A stretch of 64,000 bases of DNA from Stegostoma tigrinum (lineage: Eukaryota). Both the position numbers and the translations under genes were made by a program. This document shows, in pieces, positions 36,481-50,969 of this stretch. Location: contig NC_081373.1 in the NCBI RefSeq assembly GCF_030684315.1, forward strand, positions 49,986,066 to 50,050,065, written 5' to 3'. Position 1 is the first letter of the stretch; each line of letters begins with the position of its first letter. Under the pieces are notes generated by a model, which worked only from the letters and a program-made list of their open reading frames with translations, made no database searches and had not been told where the DNA came from.

Positions 36481-37709
36481 TTCACCAGATACTGGTACTG
36501 TCCAAAGATCATCAAGTAATTTTAAGGAATTTCTGTGGCATGGTACGTCGGAATCTGCCTGTGTCGTTACAAGGTACGTGCAGAATCGGATGATGTTCAA
36601 TCGATGGGAAGTTGATACTCCTGTCATGTGAAAATTTATCAGAAGCCTTTGGAAGACCACCTCAATAATATTACTGTTAGCAGTGCTTTCTGTTAACTCA
36701 TCAGAAAGCTAGAGCAGGTAACTAAACTCTGCCAAACATTCTGAAGGTGAATCACATTGGACTTGAAATGTTAGCGTTGTTTCTGTCTCAACAGATGCAG
36801 CCAGACTTGCTTAGTTTCTCCACTCCTTTCTGTTCTTGCATTAGTATGGCCTGTGTTTGTTAACACTGGGATCTGCAGAGAAGATAGTCCTCGCATGTGC
36901 ATTGCCAGTGTCTCAATGTCACTGATAACACTGTCCTAGGCAGCTGCCCCTATGAAAGATGACTCAGAGAACAAAGACAGAAAGGAACACACCACACTGT
37001 CCTGCCTGCTGCCGCTGACCTTGCTTTCTGGACTGCTTGCATTTGCTCTGGCACCCCACTACTTGCCACGTGTAAATAAAGGGTGACTTGATGACAGGCT
37101 CCTGGCTTGTTGTGGAGTTGTTTCATATGTTTGGGGATTGATTTACAATCAGAAGGAGTTAGAGTTAGGCTGTGTCGTGACTACATACTCCTCAGCAGAG
37201 GCACACAGCACACATGCAAAATCGTACATGAGAACTGAATTGATTCCTCTTTTCAAAGCAGTCCAGGTATTTGATCCTATCTGCACCAGAACTGAACTTG
37301 ACTTATGACAATTTTCTGCCATTGTGTGATGTTTTTACCATTCAGCCCCTGATCATAGGTTTTACAGCTCAACAGAGTGACCTTTGAAACAATTTCAAGT
37401 AGACCTCTACCAGAAAGTGTAAAAAGATGACATTACCTATTCCTCGGTTTGATGGGACACGAGTATTTGGTAAAGGTAACCAGGAATATATCTCTATCAG
37501 ATGCCCTGTTAATTGGGATAGAGCAGCAGTCATGGCAAAACTGCACAAATGCAGATCTCTACACCAATGAAGCACTGAAATCAGCATGAACCAACAGCTA
37601 ATTGATTGGGAGCACAGGACTCCACCAGAAACCTGTACCAGCTGCTGGATCGAGACACGTGCAGCACACTGTCTCAAAAATTGGTTGTGCAAGTTCAGAT
37701 GGCTTTAGG

Positions 37710-38050
37710 CTGCCTTTTTATTCATTCGTTCACAGAATGAGGGCATTGCTATGGGGCATTTATTGCTCAACCCTAATTGATTAAGAGTCAATCTCATTCT
37801 GTGGGCCTGGAGTCAAATGTAGGCCAGACAAGGTGTCAGTTTTCTTCTCTGAAGGACATTAGTGGGCCAAGGTGGGTTTTTTTTCAACCATTGGCAATGG
37901 ATTCATGGTCACTATTAACTCCAGATATTTTTCACTGAATTCAAATTCCACCATCTGCCATGGCAGGATTCAAACTGTGGTCCCAGAACATTACCTGGGT
38001 CTCTGGTTTAATGGTCCAGCAATAATACCACTAGGCCATTGCTTCCCCAT
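37710..38050 (-). mobile_element. tRNA-derived SINE, second family
   Basis: Alignable by eye to 53710-54060. Confidence 0.8.
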
Positions 38051-38779
38051 ACATTGGGAACAGACACTGTTATATTCATATAAGAGCTTCTCAGTTTTAA
38101 GTCACCTGTGTGCTTCATTTAGTAACATTTGATACTTTTTCATCAACCTGTTCTGAAATGTTATGACAGACCTCTGCAGTGGGTGTGATATGAACCCAGG
38201 CCTCCTCGTTCAGATATAAGGACACTTTTGCTGCATCACCAGAGCCCTAAATCTCTCAACTTTAATCAGCCAAACCAGTTATGTCTGGTTGGTGTCTGAC
38301 TAATTCCTTAGGAACACAAATCACATCAGTCACTGTCATTGAGGGTAATTTCATATGGTAATCTGTTCCAGACACATGCTGCACTCCTCTCCAACAGCAC
38401 AGCTCAGTCAGGACCATCCCCTCCAGTTGGTATGCTCATTCAAATATGTACTTCATCGCAATAACTACCTTAAACACTGCATCACACACGTTGCCTCATG
38501 CGTCCTGGCACTCTAGACCCTTAGAGTGGAGTACAGTAATTTGCTAAGTGTGCGATTTAGGTAAGTGGAAGAGGAAGTCTTTCCTTTTCTCTGCTGTCTT
38601 GTCTTTCCTAACTACTGTTGCAGGGGTAGAAGCAAAGCAAAGACCCAAGAACTGGGAGACGACTAAGGGGTTAACTAAGTAGTAGCAGGGATAAGTAAAG
38701 ATCAGAAAATAATAGGAGCCCCACAATTAAGGTGAAGGGAGTGTTAAGATTTAGAGTAATTAGAAAAATTATGAAGTTC

Positions 38780-41700
38780 AAGTTTTAATCTTGGCAGGTC
38801 AGGTCAACCAAGTAGAATGTGTAAGCAATCATAGATGGGAAGTGCTGGACCCTACTACATCCTAGATGAGCATGACAGCAGGAAGTGCTTACAGCTGCAG
38901 AAACTTGAGTTCACATGTTTGGAGTTTGTGCAGCAGCTGTAGACATGGTGGCACATTCACGAGACTGATAGTTACAAGGATAGCACGTTTGGAGAGGTAT
39001 CCAGTGCAGTGAAGGAAAGAAGGGAATGTGTGACCACCAGGTTATCCAAAAAAATCAGGCAGGTAGTGCAAGAGTCCCCCGGGTTCCTGCTCATAACTCA
39101 ACATTGCACTTGGGAAGTTGAAGGTTGTACAGGTGCCTCAATGGAGTACGGACAGAGCCAGGTGTCTAACACCACAAGCATCCCAACTGTACATGATGGA
39201 AAGAAGAAGAAAGCAGGAGCGATGATTGAGTTTTCATTACTTAGGGGAACTGACAGGTATTTCTGCAGCTGCAGACATGACTTAAGGATGGTATACCACC
39301 TCACTACGTCAGGGTTGTCACTAAGCGGCTGGAGGGCAGCCTTAAAGATGAACGTGATGAAGCAAAAGCAAAGCTTTATAATCGGTCCCAACAACTTAAA
39401 AGAGATTGAAAGAGGAGGTTTTGCATCAGGAATTTAGGTGCCAGGCAATAAGTTAAAGAGTAGGACTTCAAAGGTTGTAATCTTAGGATTACTCCCGGTG
39501 GTATGCATTAGCAAGTGCAGAAATAGGAGAATATGACAGATGAGTGCATTGTTCAAGTGTTGGTGCAGGAGGGAGGGTTTTAGATTCTTGGATCACTCAG
39601 ACGATGGACGACACGGTGGCTCAGTGGCTAGGATTGCTTCCTCAGAGCACCAGGGACCTGGGTTTGATTCGACCCTCAGGCGACTGTCTGTGTGGAGTTT
39701 GCACGTTTTCTCCAGTGTCAGCATGGGTTTCTTCCCACTGTCCAATGATGTGCAGGCTAGGTGGATTGGCCATGCTAAAATTGTCCGTTGTGTTCAGGCA
39801 TGTGTAGATTAGGTGGGTTATAGAGGGATGGGTCTGGGTGGGATGCTCTGAGGGTCAGTATGGACTTGTTGGGCTGAAGGGCCTGTTTCCACACTGTAGG
39901 GATTCTATGATTTCTGTGGAAGCTAGGTCCTGTGCAAGTGAGACATCTGCATCTGAACCAGAATGGGACTAACTCCTTGCAAGTGGTAACAAGGACACAA
40001 TCAAACTGCTGGGAGTGTATTATAGACTCACAAATCGTCATTGAACAACAGAGATGCCAACATGTATACAATTCAGGGAGGTAAGCAAAAGCAATAAGGT
40101 AATTATATTAGGAGATTTCAACTTTCCCAACATTAATTGTGACATCATTTAAATGACTTAAAGGGGTCAGATTTCTTGAAATGTATCAAGACAGCGTAAG
40201 TCCAACAAGGGACTGTCCAGTGCAGGACCTAATTCTGGGGCACAAAGCCAGATTGGCAGTGGGAGGTCATTTTGCTGAAGATTACAACACCATGCATTGT
40301 GAGTTTGTTAATGAAAAGGGAAAAGACGGTCTCCATAAAAGGGTTTGGATTGGGGGAAGGCAGATTGTGTTAAAATAGGCAAGATCTGGTCAATGCAGAC
40401 TGGGAACAGCTACTTGTGAGTAAATCTACAGCAGAACAAAGGTGGGGATAGTGTTCAAAATGGAATTGGTAGAGTTCAGGCCCAATATGTTCCCTTTAGG
40501 GTAGAATGTAGGTGCAACAAGTCCAGAGAACTCTGGCTGTCTATCAGTATTTAACAGGTGCAAAAGGGAGCAAATCAGAGGCCCCAGTGAGTTCTGCACA
40601 GACAGAAACGTGTGGTAAAGTTTTATGTCATCACACCATGACAAATATATTAATAACAGAAGTTATAATTGTAATTTTAAAGACTTAAGACAAAGTTCAT
40701 TACATTTCATTAACTGCCCCTGGATTGGGAAGACCAATTAAGGGACAATTGAATACCCTGAAGATGCAGTCAGTACGAGACTGCCTGCAAGGGATAAGTG
40801 CAGGGGAACTTAAAACAATTAGAACAGCAAATGCAGGATATGAGATAACACAGGTGCATACCATTAGAGAGATTCCTAAAATGTTCCATAAATATAAAGG
40901 GGAAATGAATATCCACGAAGAGAGTAGGGAATAAGGGAGCAATCTGTACGTACAGTATACAAAGAACATTTGTCTTCACTTTGGAGAAGTTTGTAGGTAC
41001 ATAATTTGGAAAGACAGACTGAGATCCTTAAACAGTTTCATACAGGGAGTGAGAAGATATTGGAGGTTTTTGCGGTCTTAAAAGTGAACAAACCCCCAGA
41101 TCAGGATGATTTATATGTGGGAGATGAGGGAGGAAATTACAGGGACTCTGAGCCAAATTTTTAATACCCCTTTGACCACAAGGGAGGTGACAGAGGACTG
41201 GAGGCCAGCTAATGTGGTTCCAATTTTCAAAAATGATGATAGAGATAAACCAGCATTACAGGCCAGTGAGTCTCACACCAGTGATAGGGAACCTATTGGA
41301 GAAAATTCTGAAAGGGAGAATTAATTTTCACTTGGAAAATTTTAACTCAGAAAAGTTTGAACAAGAGTAGTCAGCATGGCTTTGTCAGATGGACGTTATA
41401 CCTAACAAATTTGCTTGAATTGAGGTGATCCAGTGTGTAGATGAGGGCTGTGCAGTTGACGTTAATACAGATTTCAGCAAAGACTTTAACAAGGTCCCAC
41501 ATGGGAGATTGATAATGAAGATAAAAGCACATGAGATCTGGCATAATTTGGCAAGTTGCATCCAAAATTGGCTTAGTGGTAGGAGCCTGTTTGTCTGACT
41601 GGAGGCCAGTGTCCAGTCACATACTGCAAGGATCAGTGGTGGATACCTTACTGTTGTTGATGTATATAAACAATACAGATGAGAATGTGGGGGGGGATGA
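38780..41700 (+). mobile_element. Long decayed CR1 with ORF1 (Zn-finger/esterase-type) and ORF2 remnants
   Basis: ORF1-like SLLRGTDRYFCSCRHDLRMV and WCRREGFRFLDH; ORF2-like ILGDFNFPNIN, EDWRPANVVPIFK and QGSV. Confidence 0.8.
39608..39912 (+). mobile_element. HE1-type V-SINE nested in a CR1
   Basis: ACGGTGGCTCAGTGG...GACTGTCTGTGTGGAGTTTGCAC...GGGCCTGTTTCCACACTGTAGGGATTCTATGA. Confidence 0.85.
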
Positions 41701-41709
41701 TAAGTTAAG

Positions 41710-42215
41710 GAAATTGGATGGATCAACACCATGTTCCTTGACAAACATCTGTGTCTCAGGCTTTCTGCTTCATAAAGCTCAGCACAAGCTGGAAGAACAA
41801 AATCTCATCTTCCTGGGCTTGATATTGGTTCAATATTAGGACTTGAGCACCTTCTCCCATGTACTTACTCCAACTCCCACACATCAGGCCTTGTCATCAC
41901 ATGGGTTACTGCCACACAAAAACCATAGCCAGCTACTAATGGTCCATGTTAACAGATATTGTGCACCAAAGGCTGGCCTTCACTGATTCTTGTCTGCTCA
42001 GCTGTTGTCTCTCTAAATTTCACCCCCACTAACCGTTTACTCCTCCCCAGCTTCAGCATTTGTACCAACTTTTACCTTGTTACAATGAGCTCTGATGAAG
42101 AGTCACTGAACCCAAAATGTTAACTCTGCTTTCTGCCGACATATGATGCCAGACCTGCCAAGCTTTCCCAGCAACTTCTGTTTTTTGTTTCTGATTTCCA
42201 TCCACAGTTCTTGGT
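41710..42215 (+). mobile_element. Decayed Penelope-like 3' segment
   Basis: HKLEEQNLIF endonuclease remnant, a UTR similar to 31740-32100, and CTGATGAAGAG near 42092. Confidence 0.7.
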
Positions 42216-43117
42216 GTAAATGATCTGTTACCTTATTTTGGTGATATGGTTGAATGATGAACTTTACCCAGCACTACATCTCTTCTTTAGATCTTTATAT
42301 AAGATCTAAGCAGGCAATCAAGACAATTCACAATCTAACCGAAAGGCAAGAGTGCTGCTTCCAGGTCCAGCATATAGCTCACACGGATATTCTTTTGAAA
42401 ACAGTGCTGACAAAGGGTTAATTTTACAATCCCAGCTGTGACTGAATTTGTCCTATGTCTGACCTATGTTCTATTTCAGTCTGGTTCTCCAACAGGTGTA
42501 CAATTGTTGATTACCTGAAAGTAAAAAATAAGGACTCTGTCATTAATTGGACGTATTTGCCAGTGATATCGAAGAAAGAACATATAGTAGCTGTCAAGAT
42601 TTCAATCTGGGCCACATCAAGACTTATGGACTCCTGTATGACACACTTGACCAAGTCATTTGTAAGAAAGGTGAATTTGGCTAGACTATGATGTATCTTC
42701 CATTATAAATATCGCTCTACAATATTGTAATTTAATGTATGGTGAGGCTAGCAAGTTAAACGGGCAATTTCAATAAATGGACTGTAAACAATGATGAATT
42801 TTGATAAGTTATGAAAATAGTTATTTTGGTGCTTGACAAAGAAGCACTTTCTTAACTGCAAGTATATCCAAGTTAATTCTGTACCCCATTAAAATTCCAC
42901 CTACTCATCTTATATTACCATGTTCTTCATTCCAGGAGTAGCAGGAATTGTGCATCCACTGTCAAGACATCAGTATTTTATTTTACTGAAATAGATATTT
43001 TGGACACAAATTATTCTGCAAAGTAGCACAAACAGACTGATAGCAAGTCACCTATCTAATGCTATATTAGGCAGAAGCTACACCATTGACTCCATACTAC
43101 ACATTACAATGTTCTCT

Positions 43118-43265
43118 CAAGATAACAAAGTGTGGAGCTGGATGAACACAGCAGGCCAAGCAGCATCTTGTGCTCCCGAGATGCTGCTTGGCCTGCTGTG
43201 TTCATCCAGCTCCACACTTTGTTATCTTGGATTCTCCAGCATCTGCAGTTCCCATTATCTCTGAT
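43118..43265. mobile_element. Very short Penelope-like fold-back insertion
   Basis: Perfect inverted arms of about 50 bp plus the family tail TCTCCAGCATCTGCAGTTCCCATTATCTCTG. Confidence 0.85.
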
Positions 43266-44807
43266 AACCTAAACCCATATTACCAGGCTCTTCAATTTGA
43301 GTTTCAGTTGAATTTTTTAAAAAAAGTGATAACAGAGCATCTCACTTCATTTCTCTGGATTGTAAAACCACTAGACTACCCAGTTGCCCTCAAAAGGAAT
43401 TTGACTTTCTTTGCCATGGAAGTTTACATTGACAGTAGTTACAAATCTAAACTGAGAAATAAATAAAGCAAAGAAAAATCAGTGCTCACACAGTATGAGC
43501 AAAGTTGTTTGAGACTAGTGTATGGATTTGTGTCCTAAAACAGTGATGAGCAGAACGATCAAGATAGTTAATGATGCAGGGAAATTAAAAGCATGAGTAT
43601 TGATAAGGATACATGAATGAGGAGACTGTTCAGCCCTTTGAGACTGCTCTGCCATTCAATGAGATTATCCCATAGAGCCTCAGCTCCATATTCTCACTTA
43701 TTCCCAATTACCTTTAACTTCCCCATTAATCAAAAACCTATTCACTTTTGCCTTAAAAACATTCAATGACTCTGAAACTCTCTTCCTCCAGAGTGCAGTG
43801 AAGACAGAGATTCATAACAGAAAAAGATTTTCTTCATTCCAGTCTTAAATAGAAGACTGCATTTTTGTAAACTGTGCTCATTCAGACTACCATTCTTTCA
43901 AACATGGAAATACATACTTCTTTAGTGAATGAAAAGATCTTCAAGAGCAAAGTAATCAGAGTTACGACTTCCCTCTGCCATAAGGCCAGTTTATAATCTT
44001 CCAAACTGGAAGTTGACTGAGAATTGACTTCTTACCTAAAAGTATTTACATGGTACAAAAAAAACTTTCTACATTTATCCAGTTGCTACATTTATGAGCA
44101 CATACAAAAACACTGTTTTACAAATTACCAAGCATACTTGTTTCAAATTGCCCTGCTATTTCCCATTTCCAGATAAGCAAGTACTCAAGTACATTCTAAA
44201 ACACGCATGTTTTACTGGTTCAAGTAAATAAAGAATTGTAGCTGTATAAATTACTTGCATTCAAATACACTGGAGGAAAAAAGTGATCAAACTGATTCAT
44301 GGCTTAAAGTAATTAAGCAAAGAGCAACAAGAGTATTTGCTCTGAAGAAAATGCACAAAGGAAATGTTGTTAAATGGTTTGAATTCTGAAAGATGATTTC
44401 AAAACTGTTCATCTCTCCATCCTAAAGACAGGGCTTATTTTGAAGAAGGGTATTGGATGGGTTTTATTTATATACTTTTAAAAAAGGATGGTGTTGAATA
44501 CGTGCAATGGGTCGACTGGAGAAGCAGATAGCGTGAAAGAGTTTAAATCGTAACTAGTCTGTGGTTTGAGACATTGGGCACATTTGAGTTATTCGGTCTT
44601 AGAGCAGCAGTTATTTTTCCATGGTCATCGAAATCCAAGCTGAAAGAAAGCAGATTATTTTAGACTGGTGCAGAACATCTTTGTGTAAACCTATATTTGG
44701 CCCAAAGCAAAGATCATTAAAACACATTTTGTATTCAAAATTACTTCACTGATGGTAAAGTGGCTTGAGGGACCCAGCAGTCGTAAAAGGTACTATATAT
44801 AAAGTCT

Positions 44808-44869
44808 TTTATTTCCTCACAGCATGAGCTAAAATAGAGGAGCACAGATTTCAAACTCAATTGTTTATT
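44808..44869 (-). terminator. Candidate CISD1 polyadenylation signals
   Basis: Two minus-strand AATAAA hexamers (44869-44864 and 44813-44808), about 350-410 nt after the stop. Confidence 0.5.
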
Positions 44870-44955
44870 GATTTGACTTGGTAAAATGATCAAAATAATA
44901 GTCATCTACAATTTAGAAAAATTCTTTTCACATTGCACTACTACAATATTTTACT

Positions 44956-44956
<1 letters not shown>

Positions 44957-45000
<44 letters not shown>
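44957..45000. repeat. (CA)22 microsatellite in the probable CISD1 3'UTR
   Basis: Perfect CA run visible in the sequence. Confidence 0.95.
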
Positions 45001-45003
<3 letters not shown>

Positions 45004-45217
45004 AAAATACTACCAGAGACATTTTCTAAGAGCATCTTAAATGATATCAAGGCCAAGATTAGTGTTTTCACAGTCATACAGAACGGACCTTGATAAAAAT
45101 TAAGGTCTGAACAACATAGCTTACATCTATTTTGTTTTACACCTTGCATGGCGTGCAATTATTTGTACATTAATACAGAACAAGTTCTGACAGTTTCTTA
45201 ATTAAAATATCCTTACA

Positions 45218-45307
45218 TCAGACTTCTCTTTTTTTGATTATCAATGGCCCTACATTGTCTCCAGTTTCTTCATTGTGTTTGGTGTGAGAACCATCACACA
45301 TTGGGAA
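45218..45307 (-). CDS. CISD1: CISD1 coding exon 3 (CDGSH motif and stop)
   Basis: ttttcag acceptor; encodes [29 protein letters not shown] then TGA. This completes the C-x-C...C-D-G-S-H 3Cys/1His [2Fe-2S] ligand set. Confidence 0.96.
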   Translation of the reverse strand, partial: FPMCDGSHTKHNEETGDNVGPLIIKKREV

Positions 45308-48300
45308 CTGAAAAACAAAAGAGAAAAAGTTAGCTTTCCAGTTGAAGCACACAATTTTGGTTTTGGGTTTAATGCACAAGTGTAATAAAATTCTTCACTT
45401 TAATTATGGAGAGGGATGATGAGAGTTGTACAGTTGAAGTTGTGTTGTAACAAACTTTAAGGAAATATTCAATAAAGTCCCACTAAATAGGCTTGAGAGG
45501 AAAATTGAAAGTGGTAGGATTTAAAGGAGCAGTAAGGAAACAGCTAACGGGACAAAGCACAGGAAATGTACTGAGCAGATATTTGTTCAAACTGGAGAGT
45601 CTGTATCGATATCCTCCAGTGGTCAGCAAAATGCTGAAATGATTGAATTCAGATAGTTTTAACTTTTAATGGAATTTTTCCATCATTTTTTCTTATTTTG
45701 TATCTGCCTTAACTTTCCAAATGGTAGAAAACTTGCAAGGGTAACCTTTGGAGGACAGAACAGGAGCAGACACATACAGAGAACATTGTCAGACCAGTGA
45801 AACCGAGCTGCATGGAGAGTAAAATTTCATTTGTGTGAAGCAATGAATTTCAGAGGAGGAATCAGTAGAGGCATAAATGAAATGGTAAAATTTTAAAGGG
45901 AATACGCAGAGACCCTAACTGTGACTGATTAATAACTTGTCTGCATACAGCTACTTATATCAATATGTCCGTTGATGCTGTTCAGAGCCATAATCAAACA
46001 CTAAGTGATGCTGTACAAATGAAGAAAATATCAAGGGGTAACTAAAAGCCCGATCAAAAGGGAGTGAATGTTAAAAGAGGAGACGATGTTTTTGGATGGA
46101 ATTCCAAAGTATGGGGCTGGCTGGTTGGAGGTACGAACCAGAGTGAAGGCACAGTGATGAACATGAGGCCAAAGATGAGGTAATGTGCAGTTCAGGCTAT
46201 TGAAGGAATGGGTAAGATTAGAGATGGGGAGGTGGGTGACCATTAAAGAATTTAAGAGATTGAATGTTTAAACTGCTGTGGATGAACAGCCAACATGAAT
46301 CAGGTTACACTGATGACTGGTGGGCAGTAGCTGGAAAGAGGTAGAGTAAGAATAGATCGGTTTATGTGCATGGAGGCTGACCAGGACAGCAATGGAGATG
46401 CCAAATCTGGATGTAACAACGATATGGAGAAGAATTTCAGACGAAGTGGGGCAGAGATGTCGGATATCACGGAGGCTGAAGCAGTATGTCTTTGAAATCA
46501 AGAGACTGGGAATTGAAAGGTCAGCTTCCAAATAATCTGATTCAATTCGAGACAGTATCCTTGGAAAAGAGTTAGACAACAGTGAGACTATGAAGTTTTG
46601 AACAGGAAAACAAGGCAATGGAATATATTTTCCAAATATTGAACAGGAGAAAAAAAAAGTGTGCATCACCCAACATAATGTGAGAAGACAGTAGGGACAA
46701 TGGAGAGATGGTGCAAAAAGAAGGATGGATGCCAGTAGCATGCATGTGGAACCTGATTCCACGACTTGCAATTGCATCACAAGGACAGTTGAGAAGTCAT
46801 TGTTACACTGCACTGCATAGGATTGGATGGTCAAAATTGTCTCAAGTAATGTCCAGCTCAATGAGATGGACTGAGGCAAGACCAGGATGGTGTGGTTGAC
46901 AATGTCAAAACCTTCTGAGAAGGTAAGAACAGCAATGTACCATGGTCAACCACTCAGTGTAATTTATGACTTGGGTTGTTCGGATGTTTTTTTTAAAATT
47001 GTCCAAACAGTACTTTTTTTTAAAATTTATTTCTTCAGGCTCAATTTTTGAAGCATTTGCACAGTTTTGGGGCCTACAATATATAGTGTCCGAGTCAGAA
47101 AGGATTGCCGTGCTCTATACAATTCATTATGACTTTTGATAGTAGTGGATTTAAAATCTACCCTCAGCAATATGTATCCATTGACAATGTTTGTTCCATG
47201 AAAACATTAGGACAAATGACAAAAAAAATCGTATTTTAATGGGCAAGTGCAATCGGCCAAATATAAATTAAAATATTAAAACAGTTCATACTGTAGTTCG
47301 TCATTATAATGTATAACAGCTTCAGGAGCCATGTTTCAGGGAAGCCATTAGAGGCAACATAAATCTTGTCCTCCCATACAAAGTGACCTGGACAACCTCC
47401 AGGTAATGGAAGTCATAGCTCCCAAGGCAAAAAAAATAGAATGATCCATGATATTGGTTCGGAAAGACCAAAAAACCAGGAGCAAGCAAACCGTGAAGAA
47501 ATTAAGCAATTAAGCTTAATTGGGCAGTTTTGGGGCTGGTCAGTCTGGAACACTTCAATAGCAGTCAATTGCTTTACTACATCTTTAAAGGCCTGGGCTG
47601 AACATGCAAAATAAATAACTAAGCATGCATGGATTCATAAAAAAGTAAAATATTAAGAGCAAATACAAATTGCAGAGAGATAGGTGACTGATGGCAATGA
47701 GATAAATACATACTGTGACATGTTAACAGGATGCTAAGAATACACAATTTGGAAGAAAGACATAGCTACAGTTTAAATAACAAGAAAATCTTTCAAGACA
47801 ATAGTGGTATTTTACAGAGAAAAGAATACAAAAATATAAAAAAATACACAAAGGGCTATAAAAAGGAACACCAGAAAGTAAATGCATGAACAATTATTTC
47901 CTCCAGATATGCACAATGGAACCCCAAAGCTATATGCCCCTTTCAAACAGGTATTCCAAAGGCAAAACTGATAACTCCAAAAGAAACAAAACATCAAGGT
48001 AATCTTGCTCGATAATTTAATCAGATGAAGACAAAAAGCAGAGAACAGACCTTGAGACACTGGCCAATTTTGGCAAAGTTAGTGACTAACAGGATGGTAC
48101 CAGATCAGAAGTCAGTTTCAAAAGCCCAAGTAGTAATTTTTCCTCATTCTTTCTACAATACAGGTCAGTCTCTGGGGTTCTTCTGTGGACTGTCTCAGGT
48201 ACTTTTAAGTGTCAAGTTATACCCTGACCAGAACTGGATACAGAACCAAGGTATGATTTGATTAGGACACTAAAGAGGTTCAGCATCGTTATCTTTAATG

Positions 48301-49716
48301 ACTATTTAGTGATTGTTGTACATTTTTACTTCATGCCCATTGCAGTTTCTTGACATCATTCATGCTGATTGTGTACCATCCATTTTATTCCTTCCAATGC
48401 ATAGTGCTTTCCTGCTGTCTGTAATATAATTCGTAATTTGCATCAACAGCTCAAGTTTAGGAGCTGGATGAAAAACAGCAAAATTTGCAAACAATGGTAA
48501 ACTACTGTGGACAAGTTAATGTGGGGAGCCAAGTCAGTGACAAAATATATTAATAGAACAATATCTGTACGTAATTTCATTTGCGATTGTTCTGCACAGT
48601 TTCAAATTGAGAAGGTGCATCTGTTTCAGTGACAAATATTAAATTCCCATCTACATTGATTCTTATCTATATCCTTTATTCATTTCAGTTGCCTAGGTAT
48701 CAGGCAGATAAACTCCAAACACATTGCCAGCAAGCACTCACTTACGAGGTTAGCGTTCAGCAGTGAACAGGAAGAAACTATGACAGATAAAAATGCAAAG
48801 CACAGAACTTTGGGGCCCTACTTCCTTCCCAGTATTTGTGATCTTGACCCTTTCTTCAGTCTGAATGATTTGGCTTACTTCCTTCAGTTTTCTAAGTCAT
48901 GCCTGAAGCACATATGGCAGCCTGCAATTCAAATGGAGGACAGGCAGGAGGACTAATGGTTCTCCAGGGTTAACGGCTGGCTCCAAATCCATTGATGCTT
49001 GGTCCACTGACAAGTAAGGGTGTTTAACCGTTTTTTCAGCAGAAGGATTGTGGTGTTCAAAGGGTCAATGAGAAACCACCAGGATAGTACAGTACCTGCC
49101 AGTGCTGAATGAACGTTACTCCAGGACTGTAGTGGTTCAAGATAGCAACTTGCTCCCACCTTTGCACAGGCAACTAGGGATGGGTGATAAAAATGCTGCC
49201 TTGCCAGTGATGCCCAAATCCCATGAACAAATTTTTTTGAAAATTACCAATTCAACACTGCCTCCAAAATCAACACTAACCCAAATTAAATACTAGAATT
49301 TCTGGGGGGTTTTCCATTAGCTTTTATAAGTCATGACAATTTCTTCTGGAAATATTTAAAAACTAACTTTTTTGATTTTCCATTTTTGATGCAAAAGTTT
49401 GACATTTTCATACAAAAAAGGTTAAAAAATGAGTCAGAAAACAAAATAGACACAGACTGAATAGGAACACAGAAATGTAGATCCAGTATGCAGGAAATAG
49501 ATCCCATATACTTCTCATTTTCATGAACAATCTTTCATTCGTTTGTCTGATTCATTGTTCCACTCACTCTTTTCCAGTCCATTCCACAGATTCATCACCA
49601 CTGGCATAAAGTGGCATCACAAACTTTTGCCTCTCTCCTCTCGGTTTCAGAATGTGACCCTGTCATGTTTCAATTATCCCATGACATGTAATGGGTAATC
49701 AAATTAACATTCTTAC

Positions 49717-49919
49717 CTGTTTAGATCTCCAGCATCTACAATACACTGCTTTATCTCCTAGGTCTTCAACATCAAATGCATGCACGACTTTAGGGGTATC
49801 CTTCTGGATGTCTAGATTAACCAATGATTTGCGGCACTTGTCTTTGGAATATAAAGATCTGTAGGCGAGGTAACCAACAGCAGCTGCTCCAAATGTCAGT
49901 GAAATTGCTGCAACCCATT
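49717..49919 (-). CDS. CISD1: CISD1 coding exon 2 (TM anchor and first half of the CDGSH domain)
   Basis: aaacag acceptor; 203 nt encode (E)[67 protein letters not shown]; gtaaga donor. Confidence 0.96.
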
Positions 49920-50969
49920 CTGTTTAAGCCAACAGCACAGACAAAAACATTTGGATTAAATAAGCTACATGAAATCTCCTAAATTACACACAACAGCAAT
50001 TATGTGGAAAGCTGTACAACTAGAGCAATGAATTAAGTAACCAAGAAATCATTGTGCTTAAATAGGAGTATAAAGCCCAAATTATGGTTGATGGTATGAA
50101 TTAAACTAACATTTAATGTTAAGACAGGGCTCATAATGTGTATGTTGTGTTATAACAAACCTCAAAACTACTTGTTTGAGTGGAAAAAAGATACTATTTA
50201 TGAAAACACACTTGTACAAGAGAAGCATCAAGATTCCAAATTTAATCAGTTTGTTAAGTAACTTTATTGGGCAATTAAAAGATAAACACTGGAATCCCCA
50301 AGTGAATGAACTGGAAACAACTTATACTCTCAATAAACACTTTCTTTTACAACAGACTTAAATAACAATACAATAGCAGTTATCAATACTACACAATGCT
50401 AGCTTCTATGAACCATTTTGAATAAAGCATTAAGGGCATCATAGAAATGGCACAACTTAAACTATCCCAACTCACTCTTCTGAACATCAAAAAGATACCG
50501 AAAATTATCACTGAATTTGTGATGCAATGCAGAAGAAATAGTACTGATCTCTACATTCTAATCCATAGAGGACAGTGTGGTACTTATGGCAAAACTGTCA
50601 GTGCTTCCCATTGATATTCCACAGTGTTGCACCAGTGAAAATGACCGCAGTTTAAGAGGCTTATTCATGCACAGAATAATCAAGGAATCCAAACATTTCT
50701 ATCATTCTACACAAATTCATTGGGTGCACTGTTAAAGTCCATCCAGTGTGAAATGTCCAAGCAAATCTAAGCTTACAAACTTCATAATGACTATTAAACA
50801 CCTTCACTGGCCCTGAAAAATTAATTTTATATTTATAAATAATGGATAAGTGAAGGATTGTCAGTGCTTTTAACTTTCTGGTTTGCTGTACATAAGAATG
50901 TGACTGGCTGCTTGTTTTGATCGTTGACATGGCTGCTTCTGCATGCTTGCGAATGCACTTGAATTTAAG

